A stretch of DNA of 64,000 nt from Camelus ferus (Eukaryota), in assembly GCF_009834535.1 (NCBI RefSeq), contig NC_045697.1, positions 72,480,001-72,544,000 of the forward strand, given 5' to 3'. Of the stretch, positions 24,273 through 37,400 are shown piece by piece. Positions within the stretch are counted from its first letter, which is position 1. Each line of letters starts with the position of its first letter. A model generated the notes under the pieces. That model did not search any database. It was not told where the DNA came from and saw nothing but the letters and a program-made list of their open reading frames with translations. The position numbers and the translations under genes are program-made.

Positions 24273-24381
24273 CTACAGTTTCTGGTCTGAGAGATGTAAT
24301 GGACACCTCTGCTCCAATCAATCCAAAGAGAAGGGGCTGAAAGATGTACCAGGCTCCTGCTATAATTTTTTCAACATCTGC
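24273..24381 (-). CDS. SLC9B2: SLC9B2 coding exon 9: ADVEKIIAGAWYIFQPLLFGLIGAEVSITSLRPETV
   Basis: 109 nt, CTTTAG| and G|GTAAGA, FQPLLFGLIGAEV motif. Confidence 0.97.
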
Positions 24382-26459
24382 CTAAAGGAAACACACACAC
24401 ACACACAAGAATTTTTATCATATGACTTTGAGAGTTCTAAGAATTTTACTAATTTGAAATTTGAGTCATTTCGACCTGAGATAGCTTTTATCTCTCTATA
24501 GTGCCTATAAATAAGAAGTTAGCTAGAATAGAGCAAAAAATTGCACAAAAATATTTCTAACACAATTAAGACATTACATGAGGTGCTCTAGTGTTGGTTT
24601 GCAAATAAATGTTAATTGAAAAGAGTCTTATAAAGTAACTTTTAGGAGGACTTCTTTTTCTGAATATACAATCTGTGTACGTGTATTATAATAATTAATA
24701 TTACTATATTTATTATATTATTATATTATTTCATACTTTGAAATTTTATTAATTTTCATTCAACAGTGTAAAATTAAAGACCTTATATTAGTGCATATGT
24801 CTAGATATGTACCTCATTATTGCTGCAACTGTGGTACAGAAGTACCATGGTTTATACAATCATTTCTTTATTAATAAGCTTTTAAGTTGTTTCCAATTTT
24901 ATTGTGTCTTTGTAAAAATTACTGTTTATGGTTATCTCAAATCATGCACAAAAATTAAAGTCAGGTATAACAAAGTGCTGTGCCAGTTATTAATTTATTG
25001 CTTTTTGGTTCCAAATCCTCCTTTCCTTGTTGCTCTGCAGAAAGTGGGGCTGGGCTCTTTAAATATTTCTCCTTTGCCAGTTGGCACCCTATTCAATTTT
25101 GTCAGTAGAAGGCACTGAAAGATAGTGCAAGAGAAGGCAAGCTTCCAGGTTTCTGTGGCTCCTCCCGGCAAGATCCTTCAGCACCAGGCTCCTGCAGTCT
25201 CGGTGGTTTCCCAAGTGCCAGGTCCCTACAGTGCAGGGTGGCCAGCAACACCCAGTGGCCAGCAACTTCTTCCAGCCTACTCCTAGGGTGGTTTCATAAG
25301 TAACTCCCTTGGGCAGTATACCTCCCCATGCACCCTAGACGGTGGATTTCCCATAAGTTTGGAGCACAGATTTCCAGCAAATTCTGCAGGCAGGGCACCA
25401 CTGTGACTTCTCTGCTACCCAGTGAACCAAGGCTCTAACAAGGTCTGGATTCTCAGCCCTGGGGGTGGAAGTAGTGAGGCGGGGTGACGACGTGGAAAGG
25501 TAGGTTTTATCTCAGCCCTAGGAGTTTACAGCTGCTATTCTTATATTATTTATGGGTCTCTTTGTATCTTACAAGCCAGTCCCTTGTTATTGGATTCCCA
25601 GGATGGTTAATAATAAACTTTCCCTATTCCAGTTACTATGTGATTTCTCTTTCCTTACAAGACCCTAACTGATAAAAGCATAACTTTATAACACATAACA
25701 CAAACATCCTAGGAAAAGACTGACACAATCGACCATGTAAAACTAAAATGTCTGTGGAAAAATAAACCATTAAAAAAAGGTGACAAACCAGGAGAAAATA
25801 CCTGTACTATGGGTAACAGAATAAGGAGCAATAGCCAATCAATAAGAAAAAGATACAAACCCTAATAGAGAAATGGGCAATGCATATATACAAGTAATCA
25901 CACAAGAAGAAAAAGCATAAGATGTTACAACTCAGTAATCAGAGAAACACAAATTGAAATAATATACCACCATATTTGGACGGGGAAAAGGGCAATCACA
26001 TTGGAAAAAACACTAAAAAGTTTTAATAAGGTAAAGTATTTGTAAGACTGTAAGCAAACTCTCACTAATTGGTAAAAGAACAAACTGTCAATGCCCTTTT
26101 CAGAAGGCAATTTATCAGTACCCATTACAGTGCTTAAGAATTTACATTGAACAGAATTTTTTTTTAATAAACTAATAAGAATCTATATTTTTGGAGAACA
26201 CTTTTACACTTATAATTACACGTTTTTAAGGATCTGCACTTCCATATATGTATGGAAGTTTGATATGCGGGATTTCATTGTTTCTCTATTTTCTTCAGTT
26301 ACTATTTCTGATACGTTTATTAGAGTGAAGATTCTATTTCTTCTTAGCTTATAAATGTTGAAAGATAGCGTATGTGAGGGGTTAGCTGACTTATTTATAT
26401 AGTTCTATTCCTATATCATGAAAGAAGTTATGTTTCTACATCATAAGGAATCAGATAAT

Positions 26460-26498
26460 TGTCCATCAACAGATGACTGGATAAAGAAGTTGTGGAAG

Positions 26499-26543
<45 letters not shown>

Positions 26544-26570
26544 CACATACATATATATATATATATATAC

Positions 26571-26625
<55 letters not shown>

Positions 26626-27109
26626 CACACACAATAGAATACTACTCAGCCATAAAAAAGAATAAAATAATGCCATCTGCAGCAACATGGATGGACCTGG
26701 AGATTGTCATACTAAGTGAAATGAGCCAGAAGGAGAAAGAAAAATACCATATGATTTAACTTGTATGTGGAATCTTAAAAAAAAACAAAAACACACAAAT
26801 GAACTTATTTACAAACAGAAACAGACTCACAGATGTAGAAAACAAACTTATAGTTACCAGTGGGGAAAGGTGGGGTGGAGGGATAAACTGGGAGTTTGGG
26901 ATTTGCAGATACTAACTACTATATATAAAATAGATAAATAATAAGGTCCTACTGTATAGCAGAGGGAACTATATTCAATACCTTACAATAGCTTATAACA
27001 AAAAAGAATATGAAAAGGAATATATATATCTGTATTACTGAATCACTATGCTGTACACCAGAAATTAACACAATGTTGTAAACTAACTCTACTTCAGTTA
27101 AAAAAAAAA
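26460..27109 (+). mobile_element. 5'-truncated L1 with internal (AT)n/(AC)n expansion
   Basis: ORF2 C-terminal remnant (EYYSAIKKNKIMP...WMDLE), 3'UTR, poly-A, 15-bp TSD AAGGAATCAGATAAT at 26445-26459 and 27110-27124. Confidence 0.93.
26499..26632. repeat. Compound (AT)n/(AC)n microsatellite
   Basis: Alternating ATAT and ACAC blocks over about 130 bp. Confidence 0.95.
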
Positions 27110-29358
27110 AAGGAATCAGATAATGACTTAGGTTCAAATTCTGCCACCCACTAACTTGTCCTCAGCACCTCATTTTTCTCATCTGTAAAATGAGAAGTTT
27201 ATATTAGAAAACATCCAAGATATTCTATCTTTTAATGACAAAGACTAGTTCTACCAAAACGGGTCCAGTTGTCACCACCTTTCCAAATATCTTTAAATTT
27301 TACTTTTCAATTTAATTTTTAGAATATATCATAGGTAAAGCTCAGATTTTAGTTGATACCCATAGCCGTAAAGAACAAAATCAATTCTATTCATTTTAGG
27401 TTACTTAGCCTTTTGTTGCCAGGACTAATTGTTTAAGGACCATCCTCAGAAATATTTCATGTACTCAGAACTCAGAAGTCCTAAAAAGTTTTCTCTACCA
27501 AATTATTTTTATTTCTAAACTGCAGACGAAGGCTATGATTTGCTTTTTGATTATAACACTTTAGACTAGTTGAACATGAGACATGGGCTTATAAACTGTA
27601 TAACTTAAGAATGAGAGAAGAATCAAAATGTATCTTCCCGTGAACTTTTCATAACTTCAAAACCAAAATGAATTTGTTTATAAAGAAAATGGAGTTATCA
27701 AATAAGTTAAATATAAAAGATGAGCCCAGAGGTACGAAGACTGTGTCGTCCATTGAAAAGTTAAGGTCACTTTATTGGCATGCACCAATAGTAAGAATCT
27801 TCAAAATTACAAACCCCTTTCAAGAATGGACAAAAGGAAAAAGTTAAGAGAAATGGAGGTTTCATCATGAGTTAAATAACTACTTAAGTGGATACTTCTC
27901 TTCTTAGAACAATTCAAGATTCAGAGGATCCAAAATATATCAGGGAAAAAAAAACCCCCACAACTATACAGCGCCTCTAGAAGCACTGGATTTGAAAACA
28001 GATGAAAAAAATAGATAATAGAGGCTTAAAAAAGGTGAGTGCATTTGAATACAACAAATAACAATATTAATGACCGTATGGAAGAATCAAGCCGAAAAGC
28101 ATGAAATAATGTCAGAACCTACAGGCACAAATAAAATTTTATGAAACATTTTAGCTTTTCAAGGTATAACTCAACAATAGTTGAGTTGCTATAGTGCTGT
28201 TGAGTATACAAGCATTTCATTTCCATTTATATAATAGCCACAACAATTCTTTAAATGTGATTATTATTTTTTTCCACATTACAATCGAAGAAACTGAGTG
28301 TTAGAGAAGGTAGGTGACTTTTGGGGGATTACACAGCTCAAGAGCCACAGAATGGTGATTGGAATCCCAGTATTCATATCTTAAATTTTGTGCTTTTTAT
28401 TATGTACTGCTCTGGAGGTAGTTATAAAAATAATAAGGGCTATTATTCACTGAGTGTATTCTATGACTAAGGACTTTGCTTTATAGAGATTATTTCACTT
28501 AATCCTCCACTCTATGAAGTTCTGGCTATTATCACTTCCCACTTGAGAGATAAAGAGATCGATGACTGAGAAGTTAGATAACTTGCATGTGGTCATATAG
28601 CTACTAAATTGTAGACTGGAGGTTAGCTCAAGCTGTCTGAGCTCTTGACCTGACGCTATACAACAGAACGAGGAAAAAAAAAAGAAATCCAAAATCTGGA
28701 CATGTTGGTTTGGCGACTCTGGAAGTACTAAATTAGAAAAGATATGGAGAGTGCCTGCCACAAAATTAATTCAGTGAAGATTCATTTTCCGTCCTTTTTT
28801 TAGGGAACCATTTTGATACATTCAAATGGTATGTTCTCATCCTGGGTTGGCCACCTACTGGCTTTGTGACCTTAGGCAATCTGTCTAGTATCTCTAAGGT
28901 CTTAGTGTCCTCATTTGTAAAATGGTTTGATATCTACCTTTCAAGGTTACTGTATAGAGTAAATAACATATATAAAATTTCACTAGCAAAGAGAACTTAA
29001 AGGAAAAAAAAACTATTGAGAAAAGATCCTAAAAAGAGATTCATAGTTCTGATCACATGAAAGTACATATTAGTGTGTAAAATTGAAAAGAATATAAAAA
29101 GGCATAAAAAGCTAATTTCATATATGTAAATGTGTGTATATAGATATATGTATGTATCCTACAGATCAATAATCAATCAATTAAAGTTCAGAAGATAATG
29201 GAAAAAGACCTATCAAAGAACAATAAAAAAACCCAAACAAATGGTTAAGTGTATGAAAATGTGTTTGATTTATTATTAATCAAAGAAGTATAAAAGAAAA
29301 CAAGATACCACTTTTTACCTCTCAGTATGGCTAGAGTAAAAACAATAATCTTCTAAGC

Positions 29359-29541
29359 CAGTGGTTCACAATGTGTGGTCCCCAGATCAGCAGAATTAGA
29401 ATTACCTGGGAACTGCAGAAGTGCAAATCCTCAAGTCCCATCATAGTCTAACTAAACCAGAAATTTGGGAGCAGGAACCAGAAATCTAATTTAACAAGAT
29501 TTACAGGTGATTCTGACGTATGCTCAAGTTTGAGAAACTAT
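29359..29541. mobile_element. MER5A-like hAT-Charlie MITE
   Basis: CAGTGGTTCACAA...ACCTGGGAACT...CAGGTGATTCTGA...AAGTTTGAGAACTA. Confidence 0.8.
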
Positions 29542-32191
29542 TCTAAGCTGATGAGGGTGTAATGACATAGGTACCTCATATATTACTGGTAGAAAGTAAA
29601 TGGATACAACTCTAGAGAGCTGTTTGGTAACATGTGGCAAAAAAACTCAAAATGTTGTTATCTGACTCCAAATTTTCACTGAATCATGTCCTAAGGAAAT
29701 GATTAGAAAATGTATTTTAGCATAATTAAAAATAGCAGAGACTGAAAATAAACTACATATTTAATTATAAGGGAATGGTTTAAAAAAATTATGGGGCATC
29801 CGTGTGTGTGTGTGTGCATGTGTGTGTGTATAAAGAGATATACACAGGAGAGTAGCCAGAGGTAAATATGAAAACCAATGTACTTAGCTTTTTCTCTGGG
29901 TTGCGGATTACATTGACCTTCTACGTAATCAGTCAGGGTGCAGGCAATTCAGGCAAAGTTATGACAAATGCAGACAAACAGCTGCTTTGTTTTGGTTTAC
30001 AACAATTTTTTCTGTACAACCTACATTATATTCTACAGAACAGTGTCATTGAAATTCATCAAAGTTTCCTTTCTTTGTCTTTCTATGCCCACAGCTAATC
30101 CCCACTTGCATGGAGATTAGTGTCCCCCTTGATTTCCTGTTGCTAAAACTACTCTTTTATGCTATTCCAAATGATATGGCTTCCTCTTCACTGTTTTTTA
30201 AAATCCTATCATTTACAAATTTTGAGACTTAATTTTAAATGGCAAAGTTTAGAAGTATAATGTTTTTAGTATACTTGATATGGCTTACTCAAATAGATGT
30301 CAAAATATAAAAATGTGCCCTGTACAATAATGCTACAGTTGTGTTACAGGGTAGTACAAGTCACTCGAGTCAAATGTGAGCTTAAATCCCAGTGCCAATT
30401 TCTAATTTTGTGACCTTGGACATGTTTTTTAAGTTCTCCTGATTTACAGTCTCTATAAAATGGAAATGATAATACTTTTTCAAAGTTTCCTTTGTGGAAA
30501 TAAGTGAAGCCATGTAAAAACAAAGGTTTAATAAGAGCAAATAGTTATGAGAGATGAGGGACGATAAGAGTACCCGATTTATACGAGGAAGTTCATTTAC
30601 TTTTTAGCCTTTTTCTTGTCAGAATGCTACATTATTTGAAATCAGGAAGTAGAATTGAATAATATACGTGACGCTGAAAAAAAGAGTAGACCTGAAACAA
30701 GCATTATAGTCAAGCCTCCTGACAGGGCAGCAAACCTAGGTGCCCATCTGGTGCCTAGAGCAGGGTTTCAAAAGGACTCTCTCTTTTCCCTCAAAGCCCA
30801 ATCCGTCTCAGCCCACTTTCCTCTGGCTTCAGTACCCTTTCCTACACAAGGCTCCCCTTGTGTAAGAAATGGGAGCCCCTACCCTGCCCCTACAAGGCAG
30901 CTCCTACCAATCCCTCCCTTTGCTAAAGCAAGACGGGTCATGATTATACTTGCTCTAAGTTGATAATCGCACTCTTAGAGAACAAGAGCCTCCTACCTGA
31001 ATGCTGTTTACCCACAAGGAAATTCTGTCTCTATCGTATCTCTGCAGAGCGTCACATAATTAAATATGATTACATACTTAATCTCAAAATTTATAACCCT
31101 CACAATGTTTCTATATGACATTATATTAAGCTTAATTATTTTGAGCAGTGGTCTTCAGGTTTTCCAAAATGACATATCTGCATTTAGTTTAGGTCACATA
31201 CACCTAATTTCTTCATTAAGCAGAACAGCATATGATCCTGTCAAGTTCTAATGTATCTTGAAATTAAAATAAATAAATGGCAACCAGCTAATTTCCATAA
31301 TACATCCTAAGAAAATGGATAATCTTAATGATCTTGAAAATTGGTAAGAAAAATCAAACAATCTCATAAAAAATGGGCACAGGCTTTTGAACAAACTGGC
31401 TAGTAAACACATACAAAGATGATTAGCTTCATTCACAAAGAAACGCAGATCAGATCAGCAATGACGTACATTTTTCACACATAAGATTAGCAAAATACCT
31501 GAAGACTGAAAACACTCAGATCAGAAAAGCAAATCCTCTCCCAGAGTGTTGGTGAGAATTAAAAAGGCAAACCGATATTAGCAAAAGTATCAATGCACAC
31601 ACATTGATCTACATCTTCAGTAGAGCAATCCTATTTCTAGAAAATGTATCTTACAAACTCAATGATACGCTATAATTAATTTTTTTCACAATTTAATATT
31701 TCTGAAATTAGGATGTTACATCATAATTTAATTGGCAGCATTCTTTTTCCTTCTTGGTGGCATGTAAAATAATAGTGCTTCTTCGACTCAACAGTATTTA
31801 GAGCTTATGAAATACAGTATATATAAGGGCATTTTATTGAAGCACTTTGTCTTAGCAGAAAATTAGAAACAATCTAATGTCTATTAGTAGGAGACTGATT
31901 AAACAGTATAGCAGAGCTATTCAATGCAATACTCTGCAAACCTTTCAAAGAATAAGGAAGGCAGCATGGAAATAGGACCATGATATGTTTTAGGTGGAGA
32001 CACCGAGTTGTAGGTTGGCATGTAAGGAGGAAAGGATGTGCGTGTGTGCACTTGGGCATACCCTTAATGCATAGACAATAGCTTTTATGATTAAATAACT
32101 TTTTTAATTTGACGTTAAGAAACTATCTGGAAAGAAAAAATTAACCTAATCAGAAAGTACTCATAAGCAGAAAAATTTTAAATGAATTCAC

Positions 32192-32341
32192 CTTTTGGCT
32201 GGCCCATCCCTTGCCTGCAAGGAAAGCCATGACCAACGTGCACAGTCCTCCTGATCCAGGGAAACCAAAATACGTGCTGCTGAACACAGCCAGCACAGAC
32301 AGCCCCAAGATAAGGAATGCTCTCTTCCACACCAGTTTGTC
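32192..32341 (-). CDS. SLC9B2: SLC9B2 coding exon 8: DKLVWKRAFL...GFPGSGGLCTLVMAFLAGKGWASQK
   Basis: 150 nt, CTCAAG| and AAG|GTGAAT. Confidence 0.97.
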
Positions 32342-34087
32342 CTTGAGGAGAAAAGAGGTTGGTTAGCTCAATTATTTCATGCAAAAGATTTTTAATCAGT
32401 TGATTTTTCCATATTCAGGACTTAGTAGAAAATAAAAAATGTCTGTCTGTGCACATAAATGCATGACATACATTTACTTTCTTTTTCTTAATAAAAGTAG
32501 AGTTAGCACAAATGCACAAATGTCACTTTCTCTTCCAGAAACACCAGTCACTTTTCTCTGCTGTTATCAAAGCAGAAGTTCACAGGGCTAAATGAAACAG
32601 CAGAAAAATACACACGGGCTTTGGGGTCAGACCAGAGCTTAACTTCTAGCTTTTACACCACTGGCGTATGTAGTTGGACACATTATTAGTCTCTTCAAGC
32701 TTGCTTTCTTCCTTTCCAAAAGCACAGGGATTTTAAGAAGGCTAAAGATGTAATATCTCCATTATTTTTAGGCTCTTTGTTTATTCTTTAATGTGATGCT
32801 CTCCTGGTTTTTCTTTCTAAATCCTTGAAAACACCAAGAAGCTTTAAGAGGCTGTAGGCTGACAGTAGTTTTTTGCTGTAGCTGATTTTTAGTCTAAGAA
32901 ATGTGCACCTCTCTCCCTTTACTTTTCCCTGTTCAGCCTTTTAAACTTCTTGATCCTTTTATAGAAGGCAGGCAGGCCTTTAGAAGTATTTGGCTTGGAG
33001 GCATGCAAGCTCTGCCATTGGGTTACCCAAGTCCATTCCCAGCTTCATGGCTTTCCAGCTATGTGACCTTGTGTAAGTCACTTCTCCCTAAGCCTCAATT
33101 TCTTCATTGGTAAATGATCATATTAAGAGTACTCTCTTCATGTGCTATTGTGTGGATTGGACTGGATTAGCACTTCCCAACAGAATGAACATTCAGTGAT
33201 GGCGGAAGTTTCTATATCTGCAATGGCCACGAGTAGCTAGTGGCTGCTATACTGAACCACTGTACTTACCACATCATCTAATACATAGTAAGAAACAAAC
33301 TGTGAGCCATCATTTTTCTCTTTATTTTGTTGCTTAATTAGAAAATCCTATAATTTTCTTTCACATATTCATAAAATCTTTCACAGACAATTTCACTTGG
33401 AGTTTTTGGAGCACAATAAAAATTCAAAGCAACATACATTGTGATAATGTTCTACTTTAGTTAAGCTTCTAGTTGCATTCAAAATGCTCTGAAATCTCAA
33501 AATAATGCCAGTTATTAAAGGGGAAAAAAAGACTTTTATATATTTACCTATTCTAAGAGACTTAGAAGGGTAAAAGAAAACAAAACCTTTGCTTCTTATT
33601 AAGAAATCATTGTATACAATAAAGAACTTTGATATCTTTAGTGAGAAATACTGGACTACATTATAATGAAATGTTAAGGTCTATCTATTTGATAGTATTA
33701 GAATCTGGGGTATTTTGATTCTAAAAAAGGGGGCCCAATGAGCCATTTTATATCTTGATTTAGTTGAGTATTACAAATAATAATTAAAAATTAATAAATA
33801 AAAAGATGCATCATATTATTCAAGAATTGATGTTATTTGTTTTACAGTGAAATTTGAAGTATATAGAATATAAATTAGAGAAAAAAATTCCCAGGCTGCA
33901 TTAAAATCTTATACATCCAGCTCCCTTTATAAATCTCATGGACAGCATCGATACTGCAATAAGCGGTTTTAAAATGGGGGGTTGTTTTCTAAATCACATC
34001 CTTCACATTAGCTTTCAGGGGAGTGTTCCAGAACGTTTTTCCAATGAGATTTTAGAGCACGACTTTCTCACAGATTATTTCTCTTAC

Positions 34088-34194
34088 CTGGTCACCGCTT
34101 GGAAAATACCGAATAAAAAATCCGAGAAGCAATCCAGCCGCCATACCAATGATCACTTCCAAAACTCCCTTGAGGACATTAAAAACTGTGGAGC
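34088..34194 (-). CDS. SLC9B2: SLC9B2 coding exon 7: GSTVFNVLKGVLEVIIG...YFPSGDQ
   Basis: 107 nt, TTTTAG| and CAG|GTAAGA. Confidence 0.97.
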
Positions 34195-35005
34195 CTAAAA
34201 AATACATAAAAAGAAAAACTTCATACGGAATCCTAATTGCATAAATATACAGACTTTAATCATCAACAAAAAGCATCTAATTATATAGAAAAGTTCACAG
34301 ATATTTCCTGCTCTCTACATTCTTAAATATATGTGACTTAAAATGTCAAGTAAAATGGGCCTACATTGAGAAAGGTACGCATATTACTGGAGATAAATTT
34401 CAAACCAGGCACAAGCTATGATTTGTGCACTGTTTTCTATGTTTACTTTAGTATAAATTTACTTTATTATTTACTAAAATATAATATGAAAGATAAAATT
34501 CATGGATCAGATTTAATTTGTTCTACTGTATTATATGCTGGGTAAGTAGACAGATCTAGTGTTCAAATTGCCATATAAGAGCTTAATTTGTTAATAATAA
34601 ATGTATGCTGATTTTAGTAGCTCTAATAGGTATAGAATACAGTAACTTAAGAATTTGGTAATTAAAGTCAAGAATCTTATCTTACTACAATGAATGCAGG
34701 GGACTTACCCCTTCTCAAATGCTATTTCTAAGATTAAATCTTAAAATAAACTATTTTTGAAATTGCTCTTAGAAAAGTCTTTATTTGTTGCTTAGCTTTT
34801 TTGAAATATCATAATAGAGAGATAAGTAAACTGTATTTTTCCCCATAGCAAACAGAATTTAGGAAACGTTAATTAAAAAAATCTTTGTTAGCACATTGTG
34901 CAGAAAATTATATTAAAACTACTCAACATATAAAGCCCTTCCTCACACACAGTTCTGAGAAAATATGTACTAACTAGTTACGTGGTTTTTTTGTTATTGT
35001 AGTTT

Positions 35006-35794
35006 CGAGTACCAAATATGTCACCCCAAACTATGCCACTGTGGCATAAAGATTATTTTGATCTGAAGGCAATTGAGAAGAAACAGATACAAGATAAGTT
35101 CTCTGCCTTCTCCCTATTTGCTTTTACCTATTTTTTATTCATTATTTTTTTTTTATTGAAGTATAGTCAGTTTACAATGTATTAATTTCTGGAGTACAGC
35201 ACAGTGATTCAGTTATACACACACACACACACACACATATATATGTATATATTCCTTTTCATATTCTTTTTCATTATAGGCTATTACAAGGTATTGAATA
35301 TAGTTCCCTGTGCTCTACAGTAGGAACTTGTTGTTTCCTATTTGCTTTTTAAAGTAGGACATAAATTTATAAAGTTGGCCCTCTCCCCTCTCTATCAGGA
35401 AAGACAGAAGTTAACCACTGAGACAACCCGGAACCGTTATCGGCCCAGGGACAGCACCAGCGGAATCTATGTAACAAACCGCTGAAACCTCATTTAACAA
35501 GAGTTTGCTCATATATTTGCCTTTCCATAATTGGCTGTCTTGAAAAGCTCAAAGTCCTTTTCCTTTGCCTTGCACTTCTCTACAAAATTATTGTTCTTTG
35601 CTACAATGCTATATAAGCCCCAATTCTAACCACTCCTTTGAGTCACTCATCACTGAGTACTCCTGAGTGTAAGCGTCTCATACATGCTAATAAACTGTTT
35701 TTCTCTTGTTAATGTCTTTGGTCAGTTTGATTTACAGGGCCCCAGCCAATGAACCTAAGATGGGTAGACAGGAAACGGTTTTTCCTCTCCTCCA
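35006..35794 (+). mobile_element. MER34/MER39-like ERV1 solo LTR carrying a nested L1 fragment
   Basis: Start AATATGTCACCCCAAACTATGCC...GGCATAAAGATTATTTTGA is typical of the MER34/39 group. AATAAA near 35689, ends CCTCCA, GTTT flanks both sides. Confidence 0.75.
35126..35336 (-). mobile_element. 5'-truncated L1 3' end inserted in the LTR
   Basis: Poly-T head, L1 3'UTR motifs, 13-bp TSD CCTATTTGCTTTT at 35113-35125 and 35337-35349. Confidence 0.88.
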
Positions 35795-37063
35795 GTTTCA
35801 ATCATCTCTCTTATTTAAAACAATAATTACCTCTGTAGTAATCTTACTTAGCTAGGACAGCTCTCTTTTAGGTACCGGTGTGACTGTTGAAAGCATCTAG
35901 ATATGATAGTGGCCTATGTCTCCAGCTATTTCAGTAAATAATTTACAACAAATGTGTAGAAAAGAGCTAATTGGTTTCAGTCTCTGATATAGTAAGTTTG
36001 TTTGTTTGGTTTTTTTTTAAAAAGACTTTTTGGGCCCCACTTCTGAAAATTTTGACTGAATAAATCTGGCAGGGCCTGGGATCCACCTTTTAAAGAGGCT
36101 TCAGGTAGTTCCCATCCAAATGGCTTAAGGACCGCATTTAGTGGGGCAGGGCAGAAGGAAAACAGCATTACTGACCGAGAAGGTACTTCAAGCTATCCAC
36201 GCCTGCACTCCAGCACACCCTCTTCCTTGCCTGCTCTCATCCCAGGTGATTATAATGCAAACCCTATGTTGCTGTAAAGCCATGGTTTCCATTCCCAGAG
36301 GTTCTGATTTAACCAGTCTAAGGTAGTGCCTACATGAGTATTTTAAAAAATTCCCCAGGTAATTCTAGGGTGCAGCTGAGGCTGAGAATATTTTAAAGGT
36401 ATATACCAGGAAAACAGTAGGAACGTAGTTGGATAGGTAGAGCAGAATTAAAAATGACAAAAGTGTAGATTTGACTTAATAGGTAACGGGGATCCTCATT
36501 GGATCTCGAACAAGAAAGTAACATTTTAAAAGCCATATTTTGATAAGATTAATTCACCAGTGACACAGCAGGGGCTGGATATGAGGCAATTTCGGGGCGA
36601 TGGGAAGAGGTGAAGTGCTAGGTAATCAGCAGAAATCATGCATAATCAAAAAATACCTTTAGCAGGGTGGAGAGACTAAAAATTCATGACTTTCTAAGAT
36701 GTGTCCCCACTAAATAATCTGAAGCTAAATTTAAATTACATTACCTTTTGTCAATAATACGAAATTGCAAATCTTATCTCCCAATAGTGTATGTCCAACT
36801 TTTGCAGATTATAATAATTTAAACTACTGAAGAAGTAATGATCTTTTACCTATATGTGATTTAATCTGCATCCGTGGATGAAGATTAAAAAACGAACTTT
36901 AATTTATGTTGCACCAAAGGAGAGTAAAAGTGTTGAATAACCGTGGAAGAGAAGAAAAATGCCTTAACTTCTTTCAGTATTATTACTTAAAACATAATGT
37001 GCCCATATCAAACACTTCATAAGTATTAAAAAGTACTCATTAAAATCATAGCTGCTATTACCC

Positions 37064-37400
37064 TGTAGGGAAAATGGAGTCACTCAGGCTCCCTCGCCGG
37101 ACATCAGGCACCCAGTGACGCAGCTGTACTGTCCCGCATGCGCAGTACCCGTGTGGTGCTATGTAAGCATGACTTGCACCACGCAGGCGCACTGGTTAGC
37201 TCCTATCGTAGTTGGCTAGATGCTGGCTTCGTCTGCCTTGATACGTAAGGCAGGCGGGGCTTTTCCCCACCTGGGGCCATTGAAGCCCCTGTACTCCTCC
37301 GCGAATAAAGGCACGTCAGAATACCTACGGCTCTGAGAGTGTTCTTCCATCTGCCAGAATCCGTGAACCTACCAGGCCCTGAGCGCCTGCAGTACATACA
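37064..37400 (+). mobile_element. CpG-rich LTR-like element
   Basis: Begins TGTAGGGAAAATGGAGTC, abrupt GC/CpG rise, AATAAA at 37304-37309. 3' end and TSD not resolved. Confidence 0.6.

Noticed and set aside
26418..26759. Overlapping ORFs with YIYI/THTH/CVCV runs
   Set aside because: Microsatellite translation inside an L1 fragment.
7213..27124. Two L1 TSDs both containing TCAGATAA
   Set aside because: Two cases only, compatible with chance plus the A-rich L1 target preference.
28130..28135. Plus-strand AATAAA as the end of the antisense fossil
   Set aside because: A consensus donor at 28035 and further exon-like segments downstream argue that the gene continued. AATAAA is common in AT-rich DNA.
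28168..28187. Short inverted repeats (also 26238-26259 and 11145-11160)
   Set aside because: Arms of 7-9 bp are expected by chance in 64 kb.
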